From IMG/VR virus record IMGVR_UViG_3300042554_001750: a stretch of 64,000 bases of DNA; one strand, 5' to 3'. The notes beneath the pieces were generated by a model. That model did no database searches and was not told the DNA's origin. It saw nothing but the letters and a program-made list of their open reading frames with translations. Positions within the stretch are counted from its first letter, which is position 1. Each line of letters begins with the position of its first letter. This document shows positions 11,161-20,767 of the stretch, in pieces. Both the position numbers and the translations under genes were made by a program. This DNA is from a virus. Taxonomy: Duplodnaviria; Caudoviricetes.

Positions 11161-14100
11161 TTATGTTGCTAAAGAGGCCGTGTATGCCTTGTATTTTTCA
11201 ACAGAGTCTTTGTACGCTGCTACGTATTCTTGTAAGGCAGCTTGCAATTCTGGATCACCTTCGGGTAATGTATTTTTAAGTTCACGATATTTGGTTTGTG
11301 CTATTTTTAGTTTTGCTACTGCTTCTTCTGCTACTTTGTATAATCTATTTGCTTCTGCATTTTTTTTGTCTCTTTCCTCTCTAATTTTATCTAGTGGATT
11401 TTCTGTTTTAATAGTTCCAGTGTAATTTGGAGTAGGAATTCCAGGACCCAATAAGCTAGAGATACCGGATGTAATTTCAGTTCGGTTAGTTGTGTCAATA
11501 CCAACTGCCGGCAGTTTAATTGGCGTAGATCCTGAAGCACTTAAACTAGACAATGCACTATTCAATTGCGATGCTAGTCCTGCAGGTAACCCGGCGCTTG
11601 CTAAACTTGTCAACGAAGAACCAGATTTTAATTTATCAAGTGCGCCTGTTACTTGGCTTGCTGCTCCGGAAACTGTACCAGTTACTTGACCTGCTACACC
11701 TGCAACTGCTCCAGTAACTCTAGCTGAAGCTGCACCAACCGCACTATTCAATGATATATTATTCATTGAAGCTGTGGTTGAGTTGCTAATCAATCCAGAT
11801 ATAGCTTCAGTTCCGGGAACTTTATTTGTAGCACCCGCCGCTTTACTGACTACAGTAGCAACTGCTGATTGGGCGCCCGGTAATGCTGACACTCCACTAG
11901 CAATAGTTGAGGATAGACTTGCTGTTGTATTTTTAGCCAGATCAGTAACATTTCCAGGAACTGCATTTGCACTTTCAGCAATGGATTTTAAATTCTGTGG
12001 TACATTTGGCTTGAAAGATTTAAATGACGCAGTGATTGCTGCAAACGCAGATCCTGCTACACCTTTGGCTGCGTCTAATAAACCACTTATTCCTGTAGAT
12101 TTCCCTAATGCTCCAACCGCACCACTTATTGCACCCAATCCACCTGATACATTTTGTGCTAATCCTGCGGCAAAACTTCCTGATTTGATTGTATTTGCAA
12201 TATTACTGACAGCGCCTAAACCACCGGCAACAGCCGCTGTTGCGCCGCCCACTAAGTTAGAAACGGCTCCGGTGACATTATTTGAAATATTCTTTACAGC
12301 ATTTAATGTAGCATTAACTCCATTTTGAGATCCAGACATTACTAAACCTGCTAATACCTGCGGAGATTCTTTGCCTGTAATTGCTCCTGCACTAGTGAGC
12401 GAAGTTTGCGCAGATTTCAAATTATCAATTGTTGCAGATACTTGAGCAGTTGGGTTTTGAACTAATTTTTGTAAGTTTTCTGCTCCGGGTTTACCTGTAA
12501 ACAAATTAGTTGACATTGCTGATTGAATCTTTGCACCGCTTGCAGCCAATGCATTAACCAATGGTGCAGAACCGGGTTTTAATATTTTTGCTGTTTCTAA
12601 TTGTTTTGGGGTTAATGCAGTTGAGCCAACCGCCGCTTTTACTCCTTGCGGAGTTTGCACAACACCTGCACCGGCTGCTACTGCAGCCGCAGCTGGACCA
12701 GTTGCTGCTGCTTGTGCCAAAGAACCAACTACAGATTTAGTTGTATTTTTGTCTAGGGCTGCACTTACCGCTGATGTACTTGGTACTGTAGCAACTGTAG
12801 CAGGGGAGACCAATGATGCATTTGGTGCGCTTGCTGATGCGTTATAGGTGCCGGCTACTGCTGCACTGGGCGCTTGTGGCAATTGACTACTTGCATTCAT
12901 GTCTACTTTAATGTCAACACCCTGTCCTGCACTAGCCCAAGGTGCATGTGCAGGTGCCCTAGATGTTATACTTAAAAGTTTTCCGGGGGCAGCGGCAAAT
13001 CCCTTTTGACTATCAAACAATGTATCGGTATGCGCAATCACAGGAATTGGCTTCACTTCTTTAGGAGTAACCGATGTTTGTCCAGTATTCAGATTAATCC
13101 GTTCCCCGTTTATATATGTAATTGCAGTACTAGCGAATGATGCAGTACCTTCTGATCCTAAACTCATAGGGCCGTCTACTTTGTGCGTATGAGTTCCTGT
13201 TGTGTGTACTGAATAATTAGAACCAATTTTATGATTTGTATCTTTTTCTGAATTGATATTAATTGATTCAGCTTGTAAATTTAAATTTTTAGCAGCATTG
13301 ATATTAACATCCCTATCAGCATGTAAATTTAAATCACCTTGTGTTCTGATGTTAACTGAGTTAGTTGAGAATAGATCAATAGTACCTTCTTTGCCTAATT
13401 CTATATAACTTTGACCATTGGCATGAAGAATCATTAATGTTTGACCATTGTCGCTCATTAATATTTGATGACCCAATGCTGTACGCAATCGTATAAGAGC
13501 ATCATTACCTATTAAATCTCCGTCATCCATTACAAACGTGTGACCACCACGTCTTGAAATAACTTTTAAACCAGGTACTTGCTTGCCTTCTTTGACTAAG
13601 CTTGCAATTTTATCTTCATCATATCCACCTTCGTAAATAGGTCTACCTTGTGTGCTTATACCAAACACCCTACTAGGAGTTTCACGGTTAGCACTACTTG
13701 ATATTGGTCCGCGAATTGGATCTCTTAAAATACCTTGCTGCCACATTGCCTGTGCCACATAAGTATGTACAGGTTTGGCTTCATTTAAAAAGTTTGAACT
13801 TTCAGCTTTTGCTTTATCATTTGTGTTTAAGTTGGTTACCGGTAATTTAGTTGCGCCACCGAATTTTACTGCTTCACTTTCATTCAACGTGACGTCCGGT
13901 GCAGAGCCAATAGCAGGCACCATATGCATTGCCTCTGGCTCAGGTACACATCCTATATAAAATCCATAGTTTGGATCACCATTAACAAAAATACAAATAA
14001 CAGTTGTCCCAATATCAGGCGGACTATTCCAAAATCCATAACTGGTGGGGTTAGTTAGATAAGAACCGTAACTGTTTTCGCCGGACGAAGATGGTATAAA

Positions 14101-14325
14101 TCCAAAGAAAGGTGGAAGATAACTAACAGGAGTCCAATTTTTTTCATCATTGGGATCTTTGCCGTTTAATCCCGATATGTAAACACGAATTCTTCCTGAA
14201 CGAATGGGATCTATATTATCTTTTACAATGCCAAATACTGGAACTGTCTTAACAATAGCTCCACCACTGTCTGGCTTAGCTCCTTTAACCCCTTTTCTAG
14301 GTAACCATAAGTTATCGTAACTCAT
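11161..14325 (-). CDS. gp5: Baseplate central spike, gp5-like (OB-fold plus beta-helix) with long Ala/Ser/Gly/Thr-rich C-terminal extension (1054 aa)
   Basis: GIVKDNIDPIRSGRIRVYI and PPDIGTTVICIFVNGDPNYGFYIGC (gp5/VgrG OB-fold); GHTFVMDDG, GHQILMSD, YIELGKEGTIDL (beta-helix repeats); no lysozyme motif recognised. Confidence 0.75.
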   Translation of the reverse strand: MSYDNLWLPRKGVKGAKPDSGGAIVKTVPVFGIVKDNIDPIRSGRIRVYISGLNGKDPNDEKNWTPVSYLPPFFGFIPSSSGENSYGSYLTNPTSYGFWNSPPDIGTTVICIFVNGDPNYGFYIGCVPEPEAMHMVPAIGSAPDVTLNESEAVKFGGATKLPVTNLNTNDKAKAESSNFLNEAKPVHTYVAQAMWQQGILRDPIRGPISSSANRETPSRVFGISTQGRPIYEGGYDEDKIASLVKEGKQVPGLKVISRRGGHTFVMDDGDLIGNDALIRLRTALGHQILMSDNGQTLMILHANGQSYIELGKEGTIDLFSTNSVNIRTQGDLNLHADRDVNINAAKNLNLQAESININSEKDTNHKIGSNYSVHTTGTHTHKVDGPMSLGSEGTASFASTAITYINGERINLNTGQTSVTPKEVKPIPVIAHTDTLFDSQKGFAAAPGKLLSITSRAPAHAPWASAGQGVDIKVDMNASSQLPQAPSAAVAGTYNASASAPNASLVSPATVATVPSTSAVSAALDKNTTKSVVGSLAQAAATGPAAAAVAAGAGVVQTPQGVKAAVGSTALTPKQLETAKILKPGSAPLVNALAASGAKIQSAMSTNLFTGKPGAENLQKLVQNPTAQVSATIDNLKSAQTSLTSAGAITGKESPQVLAGLVMSGSQNGVNATLNAVKNISNNVTGAVSNLVGGATAAVAGGLGAVSNIANTIKSGSFAAGLAQNVSGGLGAISGAVGALGKSTGISGLLDAAKGVAGSAFAAITASFKSFKPNVPQNLKSIAESANAVPGNVTDLAKNTTASLSSTIASGVSALPGAQSAVATVVSKAAGATNKVPGTEAISGLISNSTTASMNNISLNSAVGAASARVTGAVAGVAGQVTGTVSGAASQVTGALDKLKSGSSLTSLASAGLPAGLASQLNSALSSLSASGSTPIKLPAVGIDTTNRTEITSGISSLLGPGIPTPNYTGTIKTENPLDKIREERDKKNAEANRLYKVAEEAVAKLKIAQTKYRELKNTLPEGDPELQAALQEYVAAYKDSVEKYKAYTASLAT

Positions 14326-16664
14326 TCTTCTCTGCCCCCCTGATCAACCGGTTGTCCACCAGATGCCTCATTTTCATTGTCTGCCGGTGAAACATTGGAT
14401 GGTGTCTCTGTGGGCACCTCGGAGTATTGTTCTGGAGGTTCTTGTAACAAGCCTGTGTTACTTGTAGTTCCATTGCCAGATTCAGAAGGAGAGCTACCTG
14501 TTCTTCCTTCAGCCTCGCGAGTATCTTCACGTTGATTTTCTGAATTAGTTGTATTATTGGATGCGTTACTCCATGCATTCTCATCAGAACTAAACGTGTT
14601 GATAGAACATGTTATTTCTTGTATAAATTTACCTTTACTAAAGGTAGCATCAACATTACGAACCCAAAAACTCACGCCATTAACTAATTTTTTAATACTT
14701 TCTGGATATTGCCAAAATACTATTTGATCATTAATGTCTAATAAGCCGGTGTTATTTTCATAATCAATTGCTTCTTTGAAATTTAATTCAATGAATACTT
14801 GCCCTGTTCTTGGATTAATAGTTCTACCATCGGCTTCATAAAAAGTTTTATAAACTGGTAGTGTTCTAACATCTGTAAATGAATCTTGCATTAAAAAATC
14901 AGGATCTCCTAATATTGTAATTTTAGCCGTACTAAATGATTTTGGGTCAAATAAATTTGTTAGGTATGCACCCTGAGCTTGCATGCCTACTCCTTTTGCA
15001 CCTGTAACATCTGCATTTTGGGGGAAACCCTGTACTACAGGTATTCCCGCTTGTCCCGATTTCACTGTTGCAGAATTTGTGGGGTCTAATGCTACAATAA
15101 AATATCCATTGTTATTTGTTTGTTCATAACTAATAACTTCACTGTTTTTTCCTGTAAACCAATAATCATACCTTTTTACTGGACCATAATATTTTTGAGA
15201 ATTGTTTGAGTATGCATTTACTAATACTGGCGTTTCATAAGGTGAAATTAATAGTGTAATTTCATATGCATACTGATTTAATCTAGTGTCATATCCAATT
15301 ACTTTTACTTTACTAGATAAATTATACCATTTAACAGTATCGGGTTTATCTTTATTTGGTTCTTCTTCAAAATCTTTTTTATTTGGATCTGGTTGATTTA
15401 CAGAATCATAAACAGTTTTTAAGGCTTGCGTCATGTACTCGCTTTGTACAATAACTCTTTCTACACACGCAATAATTGAAGTACTACTTAATAATGTTAT
15501 AGTTTTTTTTGTAAGATTTGGATTTGATCGTGCCGCGGTCACTTCATTAACTTCAGCAGTGTTTTTAGCAGGGGTCCACCCGGCTTTAAGTTTGTCCAGA
15601 TCATTTGGTAATACAATTTTAGCATTTCGTAAAGTTTCAGTATCCCCAATAAATTCTAATTTATAAACATTTGGAATTAAAGCACCTGAAGTTTTTTGCC
15701 AGGCATTTAATTGGTCTATCATACCATTAGGACCAGTTAAAGCTTCTTCAACATTACTGGCTTCTAATGTTACATTTTTATTAAATACTCCACGCATCAA
15801 TGTGAATGTTTCATAGGGGGCGACTGACACTGCATTTATGTTATAAACTACAGCTTTACCATCTATTTTAAAGTTTATTTTGTTTAAATTGATAGTATAA
15901 AATGTTTCATATACTCCATTGCCCGAGCCGTTAGGGTCTGTTATGCTTCCGTTTATCAATTCTTTTCCGGTTAGTAAATTCCCAACCGAGTCGTATCCTT
16001 GAAATCTTATTCCCAACACAAATTTTTGTCTGCTTGGATTTCGTTGTTCTTTGGCATTTAATGTTTCGCTATACTGAGCGATAGCGTCTGCTGCAATTTT
16101 TAAACGATTTAAAAAACTAAATCCATATGGTTCAATAACTTGAAATGAAAATGTAGTCTGTATAGTAGTAGATCCAGTTGTGCTTGGGGCAATCAAACTT
16201 TTAATTTTTAATTCATCAATGGCGTAGTCTAATTCAAAACCGGGTGCTCTTGGAGTAGTTTTGTTATTTGAGCCACCGCTTTGTAATATTAAATAGGCGC
16301 CGCCTTTTAAATTACTACTAGAACTATCAGTTGTAGTTTTACCTATTACTAAATCTTTAATATTTTTTCTACCAGATTCTTCAAACGCATTGAAAGCATC
16401 AGGTGTAAGCATATACAAAGAAAGTTGATATGTGTAACTTGAAAATAAACTTAATGGATTTTTTCTTATAGTGGGTTTTTTAGAAGCCGGAGTAGACGCC
16501 GGTGTGCCTGACTTTCCTGCAGTTGTGGTGCCTGCGTTTGGGCTACTAGTTGAGTTTAGTGGAGAAAGTGCAGGAGGATTTACTCCACTATTAACTTGAT
16601 TTTGTGTATCTGTGGTATTATTTTGCTGAGTACCACTATCATCGTCTAATAATGTAACTGGCAT
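14322..16664 (-). CDS. Probable baseplate hub protein (gp27/Mu gp44-like by synteny, 780 aa)
   Basis: Sits between gp53-like and gp5-like genes with an ATGA overlap to gp5; C-terminal AKITILGDP and V.....FSKGKF.Q.I resemble hub beta-barrel motifs. Homology not verified. Confidence 0.5.
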   Translation of the reverse strand: MPVTLLDDDSGTQQNNTTDTQNQVNSGVNPPALSPLNSTSSPNAGTTTAGKSGTPASTPASKKPTIRKNPLSLFSSYTYQLSLYMLTPDAFNAFEESGRKNIKDLVIGKTTTDSSSSNLKGGAYLILQSGGSNNKTTPRAPGFELDYAIDELKIKSLIAPSTTGSTTIQTTFSFQVIEPYGFSFLNRLKIAADAIAQYSETLNAKEQRNPSRQKFVLGIRFQGYDSVGNLLTGKELINGSITDPNGSGNGVYETFYTINLNKINFKIDGKAVVYNINAVSVAPYETFTLMRGVFNKNVTLEASNVEEALTGPNGMIDQLNAWQKTSGALIPNVYKLEFIGDTETLRNAKIVLPNDLDKLKAGWTPAKNTAEVNEVTAARSNPNLTKKTITLLSSTSIIACVERVIVQSEYMTQALKTVYDSVNQPDPNKKDFEEEPNKDKPDTVKWYNLSSKVKVIGYDTRLNQYAYEITLLISPYETPVLVNAYSNNSQKYYGPVKRYDYWFTGKNSEVISYEQTNNNGYFIVALDPTNSATVKSGQAGIPVVQGFPQNADVTGAKGVGMQAQGAYLTNLFDPKSFSTAKITILGDPDFLMQDSFTDVRTLPVYKTFYEADGRTINPRTGQVFIELNFKEAIDYENNTGLLDINDQIVFWQYPESIKKLVNGVSFWVRNVDATFSKGKFIQEITCSINTFSSDENAWSNASNNTTNSENQREDTREAEGRTGSSPSESGNGTTSNTGLLQEPPEQYSEVPTETPSNVSPADNENEASGGQPVDQGGREE

Positions 16665-16976
16665 TTATATTCCCAATATCTGCTTCAATGTATCTAATTT
16701 AGGTATATAAATACTGACCCCTGCTTTAAAATCAAACAATGGGTCTTTTAACTTGTTTGGATTTCTTTGCGCAAATGCCCACCACAATCTACTATCCTGA
16801 TATAAGTCATATGCTAATAAATCAGGTCTGTATTCATATACTGGTTTTATTTCCATATACACATCACTGGATAGCATAGGTATAGGACGATTAACCATTA
16901 TGTCTAAAAACTGAGCTTTGTAAATATCAGTTGCGTTATACGGACTTGTTGCCGGATATGAGTTATTAACAGCCAT
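16665..16976 (-). CDS. gp53: Baseplate wedge protein gp53-like / LysM-like (103 aa from ATG 16976)
   Basis: YEYRPDLLAYDLYQDSRLWWAFAQRNPNKLKDPLFDF..G..IYIP; ATG 16976 overlaps the upstream stop (TAATG), so it is preferred over the track start 16982. Confidence 0.75.
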   Translation of the reverse strand: MAVNNSYPATSPYNATDIYKAQFLDIMVNRPIPMLSSDVYMEIKPVYEYRPDLLAYDLYQDSRLWWAFAQRNPNKLKDPLFDFKAGVSIYIPKLDTLKQILGI

Positions 16977-18676
16977 TACCAAATACCTCCGCGCTTAGTT
17001 TGTGTTCCGCGCATTAATTTTCCTGTTGCATATTCTTTCAAACTGAAATAAGTGCTTATGTTATTTCTACTTATAATTGGAACAGCACTGATAGTTATTT
17101 GCATTTTGGTTGGGACATATGTAGGAGTAACTGTTCCTCCTGTTTGTTCGCTAAAATCCGGAGGCTCTGTAAGACCACCGAATCCAACACCAGAACCTGC
17201 CATTCTTGCACTAGAGGGATTATATGTGTTGTTAGGCACGTTAGACGCTGACTTGTTTACACCAGCCAATGTAGTTTCATTGGTTGTAGCTCTAATATAA
17301 TCAACTTCAGTAGGTAAACTATAGTTAAATGTTGTAATTGCCAATGGATGTGCTTCAAATTGAAATGCTCCCAATCCATACAAATAACACAATGGGGGAG
17401 GAGTTCCGGGAGCAGGACCATCATCTTGACCATAAAACATTTTTGTCACTGACCTAAAAAAGTGTATGACTGCAAGCAAATAATTTGCTTCGTAAGTATC
17501 CTGTGCAGTAAAGTCGCAAGTAATGGTAACTTGATCAATACCACTATTTTTATACTGATAAACTTTATAGTTTGTATGTACTAGATCGGTTGCATCATAA
17601 TGTGCAGCATAATTTACTTGAATACTAGGTGTATAAGGGAACAACACTCCGTCGGTAGCTGCCAATGGTGCTAAGATTCCAGGTTTAGGTGCTTTATAAA
17701 GATATTTTGCGCCCGGTGTTAAACTTAAACGGACACGCCAGTCTTTTTTAAGTTCAAAGTTTGCCTGATCTTGTTTAGTGGCTTGCTGTCTTGCATTTTT
17801 TGTTGCAGCCAAGCCTTGTGCTGCCGTTGTGTAATATGTTTCACCTGTTTCAGGATTTATTGCCACACCTTGTGCTACAGTGCCATCTTCTGCTCTAATT
17901 GGTATACCTGAAGTATTTGCATCTATTGTTTTTTGCTGTTGAACAGCTTCATCAACTCCAGCAAATTCGTCAAAGGGTTGATCATCTCCTCTTGGTGGGT
18001 CTGTATAAATTACATCACCAGTTTCCGTATTTCTTAAAGCACCGGTAGCAGGTGTACCGTCTTCCGACAACACGGTTGTAGTTCCTTGTTGCCTTACTAT
18101 AGCATCATCTAAATTTCCAAATTCTGTATCAACATTTGCCGGTTGTGACACTGGGGGCTGTTCTGCGTTAGCTGTTGAAGAAGTCAATGGGGTTGTAGTC
18201 TGTGGTTGCGATACAGTCGGAGTCGCATTTCCCAATGTGTTTGTTACAGCCCCTCCCGTTACTGCAACTGCGGTAGCATTTGACACCGGAGGGTCTTCCA
18301 CAGGAGGAACTGCGTTTGCGTTGCTTGCGGGCACCACTGGCGCCGGGGGGTTAGGATTTTGGGGTACGGTAGAATTGGTAGCAGTCGCGGCTGTGTCGGC
18401 ACTTTGAGCCTGTGAAGTAACATTAGTTTGTACTGTACTCAAGGCGGATATTCCGGCTCCAATGGACAAAATTGATCCGCCTTGATTCCTTATTTGAAAT
18501 GACAATTCAGCACGATTTTTTGCAGTTAATGGACTCTCGCCAGCAGGCAGAGTGAATGAGACTCTGATACCAGTAGCTGAAGTTATTGTATAAGCTATAG
18601 TATTAGCTTCGGTGTTAAACACTGCATTGGTGGTTGACCCATCAGTATTGTTAACTGTATTGCTATATTGTGGCAT
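16976..18676 (-). CDS. Baseplate tail-tube initiator/cap-like protein (gp48/gp54-like) with low-complexity N-terminal half (566 aa)
   Basis: C-terminal half GVLFPYTPSIQVNY...ITCDFTAQD..EANYLLAVIHFFRSVTKMFYG...PPPLCYLYG...ITTFNYSLP..VDYI looks like a tube-fold protein; first gene of the baseplate operon. Confidence 0.55.
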   Translation of the reverse strand: MPQYSNTVNNTDGSTTNAVFNTEANTIAYTITSATGIRVSFTLPAGESPLTAKNRAELSFQIRNQGGSILSIGAGISALSTVQTNVTSQAQSADTAATATNSTVPQNPNPPAPVVPASNANAVPPVEDPPVSNATAVAVTGGAVTNTLGNATPTVSQPQTTTPLTSSTANAEQPPVSQPANVDTEFGNLDDAIVRQQGTTTVLSEDGTPATGALRNTETGDVIYTDPPRGDDQPFDEFAGVDEAVQQQKTIDANTSGIPIRAEDGTVAQGVAINPETGETYYTTAAQGLAATKNARQQATKQDQANFELKKDWRVRLSLTPGAKYLYKAPKPGILAPLAATDGVLFPYTPSIQVNYAAHYDATDLVHTNYKVYQYKNSGIDQVTITCDFTAQDTYEANYLLAVIHFFRSVTKMFYGQDDGPAPGTPPPLCYLYGLGAFQFEAHPLAITTFNYSLPTEVDYIRATTNETTLAGVNKSASNVPNNTYNPSSARMAGSGVGFGGLTEPPDFSEQTGGTVTPTYVPTKMQITISAVPIISRNNISTYFSLKEYATGKLMRGTQTKRGGIW

Positions 18677-18697
18677 AATCTCTTTTATCCTTAATTA

Positions 18698-18714
18698 TAT
18701 TTATCGCATAAATA
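18698..18714. promoter_or_regulatory. Back-to-back late promoter boxes: ATAAATA on minus (18698-18704, baseplate operon) and plus (18708-18714, toward gp55)
   Basis: Both boxes read directly from the 125-bp divergent gap. Confidence 0.6.
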
Positions 18715-18747
18715 AGTGTGCTATTTTCCCTTTTCTCCCCCTAAACT

Positions 18748-18777
18748 GTTGCAATTTTGCAACTTCTATGCTACATT
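18748..18777 (+). promoter_or_regulatory. Sigma70-type promoter for gp55 (TTGCAA-17-TACATT, extended -10 TG) with palindrome over the -35
   Basis: TTGCAA 18749-54, 17-nt spacer, TG at 18769-70, TACATT 18772-77; inverted repeat GTTGCAA-TT-TTGCAAC 18748-63. Confidence 0.55.
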
Positions 18778-18801
18778 GCTAGCAAATTATAAAAGGAACC
18801 T

Positions 18802-19704
18802 ATGACTTTACCAACCAAAAAACCCGTCAATTATCTTAACAATAAAGATATATTGAAGGAAATTCATGAAAGCAAAACAACATATTGTTACTACACAAAA
18901 CAAGAATACAACCGTTACGATTATATTGTGGACATGCCCCATGAAACATTAGAAAAGTGTTTTGAGCATGCGAACAAACCAGAAATTATTCAATTAGCCA
19001 AAGAAAATCGCGCAGCTAGGTTATCAGTAGAAACCGGTGAAAAAGTTGACCCGAACACTATACTAACTACCGATTTAGTCTTTAGAGTTATGACTTGGGA
19101 TCATATTCCATTGAGTCAGAAACAACCCAGAAAAACTGTAAAAAAGAAAAGCGCCAAAGACATATTTGACTTTGACGAGCCGGATCCCGATGAAATCTTT
19201 GCAGATTTAGAAGATAGTACAACCAAAGATGAAGTAGATGACATGGTTCATGTCAAGGTTAATTTTCCACCATTTCAACACTACAAGATTGACGAAACCA
19301 ATACATTTTATTGTGTCGGAAAGAGTCATTGGACTGGTGGTTTAAAGATGGGTCAGTTCAGCAAAGACCACGGTAAAATTACCAATAAATTAGCTCGCAT
19401 GTATATTATGATGTGCGAAAAGTACGCTATGAAGTATAACTGGAGAGGTTATACATATAATGACGAAATGCGTAACAGTGCCATTCTTCAGTTGACGTAT
19501 GTTGGTTTGCGTTTCAACGAAGCCAAATCTAGTAACCCATTTGCTTACTACACCGCAGCTATTACCAATAGTTTTTGTCGTGTACTAAACACTGAAAAGC
19601 GTAATCAAAACATCCGTGATGACATTCTAGAACTAAATGGACTTAACCCAAGTTGGTCTAGACAGGGTGCTGGCGCCGGTGGCGCAGTCATGTTTGACGA
19701 ATAA
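18802..19704 (+). CDS. gp55: Late-transcription sigma factor, T4 gp55-like (300 aa)
   Basis: N-terminal NYLNNKDIL; YTYNDEMRNSAIL...RFNEAKSSNPFAYYT....NSF.R....EKR; upstream of gp47 and gp46 as in T4-like phages. Confidence 0.88.
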   Translation: MTLPTKKPVNYLNNKDILKEIHESKTTYCYYTKQEYNRYDYIVDMPHETLEKCFEHANKPEIIQLAKENRAARLSVETGEKVDPNTILTTDLVFRVMTWDHIPLSQKQPRKTVKKKSAKDIFDFDEPDPDEIFADLEDSTTKDEVDDMVHVKVNFPPFQHYKIDETNTFYCVGKSHWTGGLKMGQFSKDHGKITNKLARMYIMMCEKYAMKYNWRGYTYNDEMRNSAILQLTYVGLRFNEAKSSNPFAYYTAAITNSFCRVLNTEKRNQNIRDDILELNGLNPSWSRQGAGAGGAVMFDE

Positions 19705-19711
19705 TTTATCC

Positions 19712-19747
19712 AATAGCGTTGTAATCCAACGCTATTTTCATTATACT
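19712..19747 (+). promoter_or_regulatory. Terminator-like hairpin after gp55 overlapping a sigma70-type promoter for gp47
   Basis: AATAGCGTTG-TAATC-CAACGCTATT followed by TT (19712-38); TTGTAA 19719-24, 17 nt, TATACT 19742-47; ATG 6 nt later. Confidence 0.6.
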
Positions 19748-19753
19748 GTTTGA

Positions 19754-20767
19754 ATGAGTAACCTTTTTAAGAAAGCGGCTGTTTTTACCGATATCCATTT
19801 TGGATTGAAGTCAAACAGCTTGCAACATAACCAAGACTGTTCCAATTTCGTAGATTGGTTTATTGAAAAAGCAAAAAAAGAAAACTGTGAAACATGTTTC
19901 TTTCTAGGTGATTACAATCATCATAGAGCAAGTATCAATATCCACACACTTCAATTTGGATTACAAGCATTAGAAAAGTTAAACAATGCATTTGACCATG
20001 TCTACTTCATCCCCGGTAATCATGATTTATATTACAGGGATCGCAGAGATATTCATAGTGTTGAATGGGCGAAACATTTACCCAATGTACAAATTATAAA
20101 TGATTTTTACAAAGACGGTGATGTAGTCATTGCCCCCTGGCTCGTACAAGAAGATTACAAAAAACTAAAGAAAATGTCTGGCAAGTATTTGTTCGGGCAT
20201 TTAGAACTCCCCAATTTCTACATGAATGCTATGGTTGAAATGCCAGATCACGGTGAAATCAACGAATCTCACTTAACTGGTTTTGACAAAGCATTCAGCG
20301 GTCACTTTCATAAGCGTCAAGCCCGTAAAAATATTTGGTATATTGGTAATGCGTTCCCACATAACTATGCTGACGCCGGAGATGATCAACGTGGTATGAT
20401 GGTGTTAGAGTGGGGGCAAGACCCTGTATTTCATAGCTGGCCACGACAGCCCGTTTACCGCGTACACAAACTCAGCGAAATACTAGAACAACCAGAAGGC
20501 TATCTTTTGATTGATAGCCATGTTAGAGTACATCTAGACATTGAAATCAGCTATGAGGAGGCTAACTTTTTGCGTGAAACATGGATTCCTGAATATAAGT
20601 TGCGTGAAATGACATTGATACCAATGAAGTTGGAACAAGCAGAAACTCAAGGACACGATGGGCTTAAGTTTGAAAGCGTTGACCAGATCATATTAGATCA
20701 AATCAATAGTATTGAGAGCAAAAGCTTTGACAAAAAGATGTTACTAGAAATTTATAATAACCTATGA
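19754..20767 (+). CDS. gp47: Recombination endonuclease subunit (Mre11/SbcD-like, 337 aa)
   Basis: Metallophosphoesterase motifs DIH, GD, GNHD, GHL, GHFH. Confidence 0.93.
   Translation: MSNLFKKAAVFTDIHFGLKSNSLQHNQDCSNFVDWFIEKAKKENCETCFFLGDYNHHRASINIHTLQFGLQALEKLNNAFDHVYFIPGNHDLYYRDRRDIHSVEWAKHLPNVQIINDFYKDGDVVIAPWLVQEDYKKLKKMSGKYLFGHLELPNFYMNAMVEMPDHGEINESHLTGFDKAFSGHFHKRQARKNIWYIGNAFPHNYADAGDDQRGMMVLEWGQDPVFHSWPRQPVYRVHKLSEILEQPEGYLLIDSHVRVHLDIEISYEEANFLRETWIPEYKLREMTLIPMKLEQAETQGHDGLKFESVDQIILDQINSIESKSFDKKMLLEIYNNL

Noticed and set aside
11123-13960. Plus-strand ORFs (e.g. 11774-12328, 184 aa) opposite gp5
   Set aside because: Shadow frames caused by Ala/Gly/Thr codon bias of the real gene.
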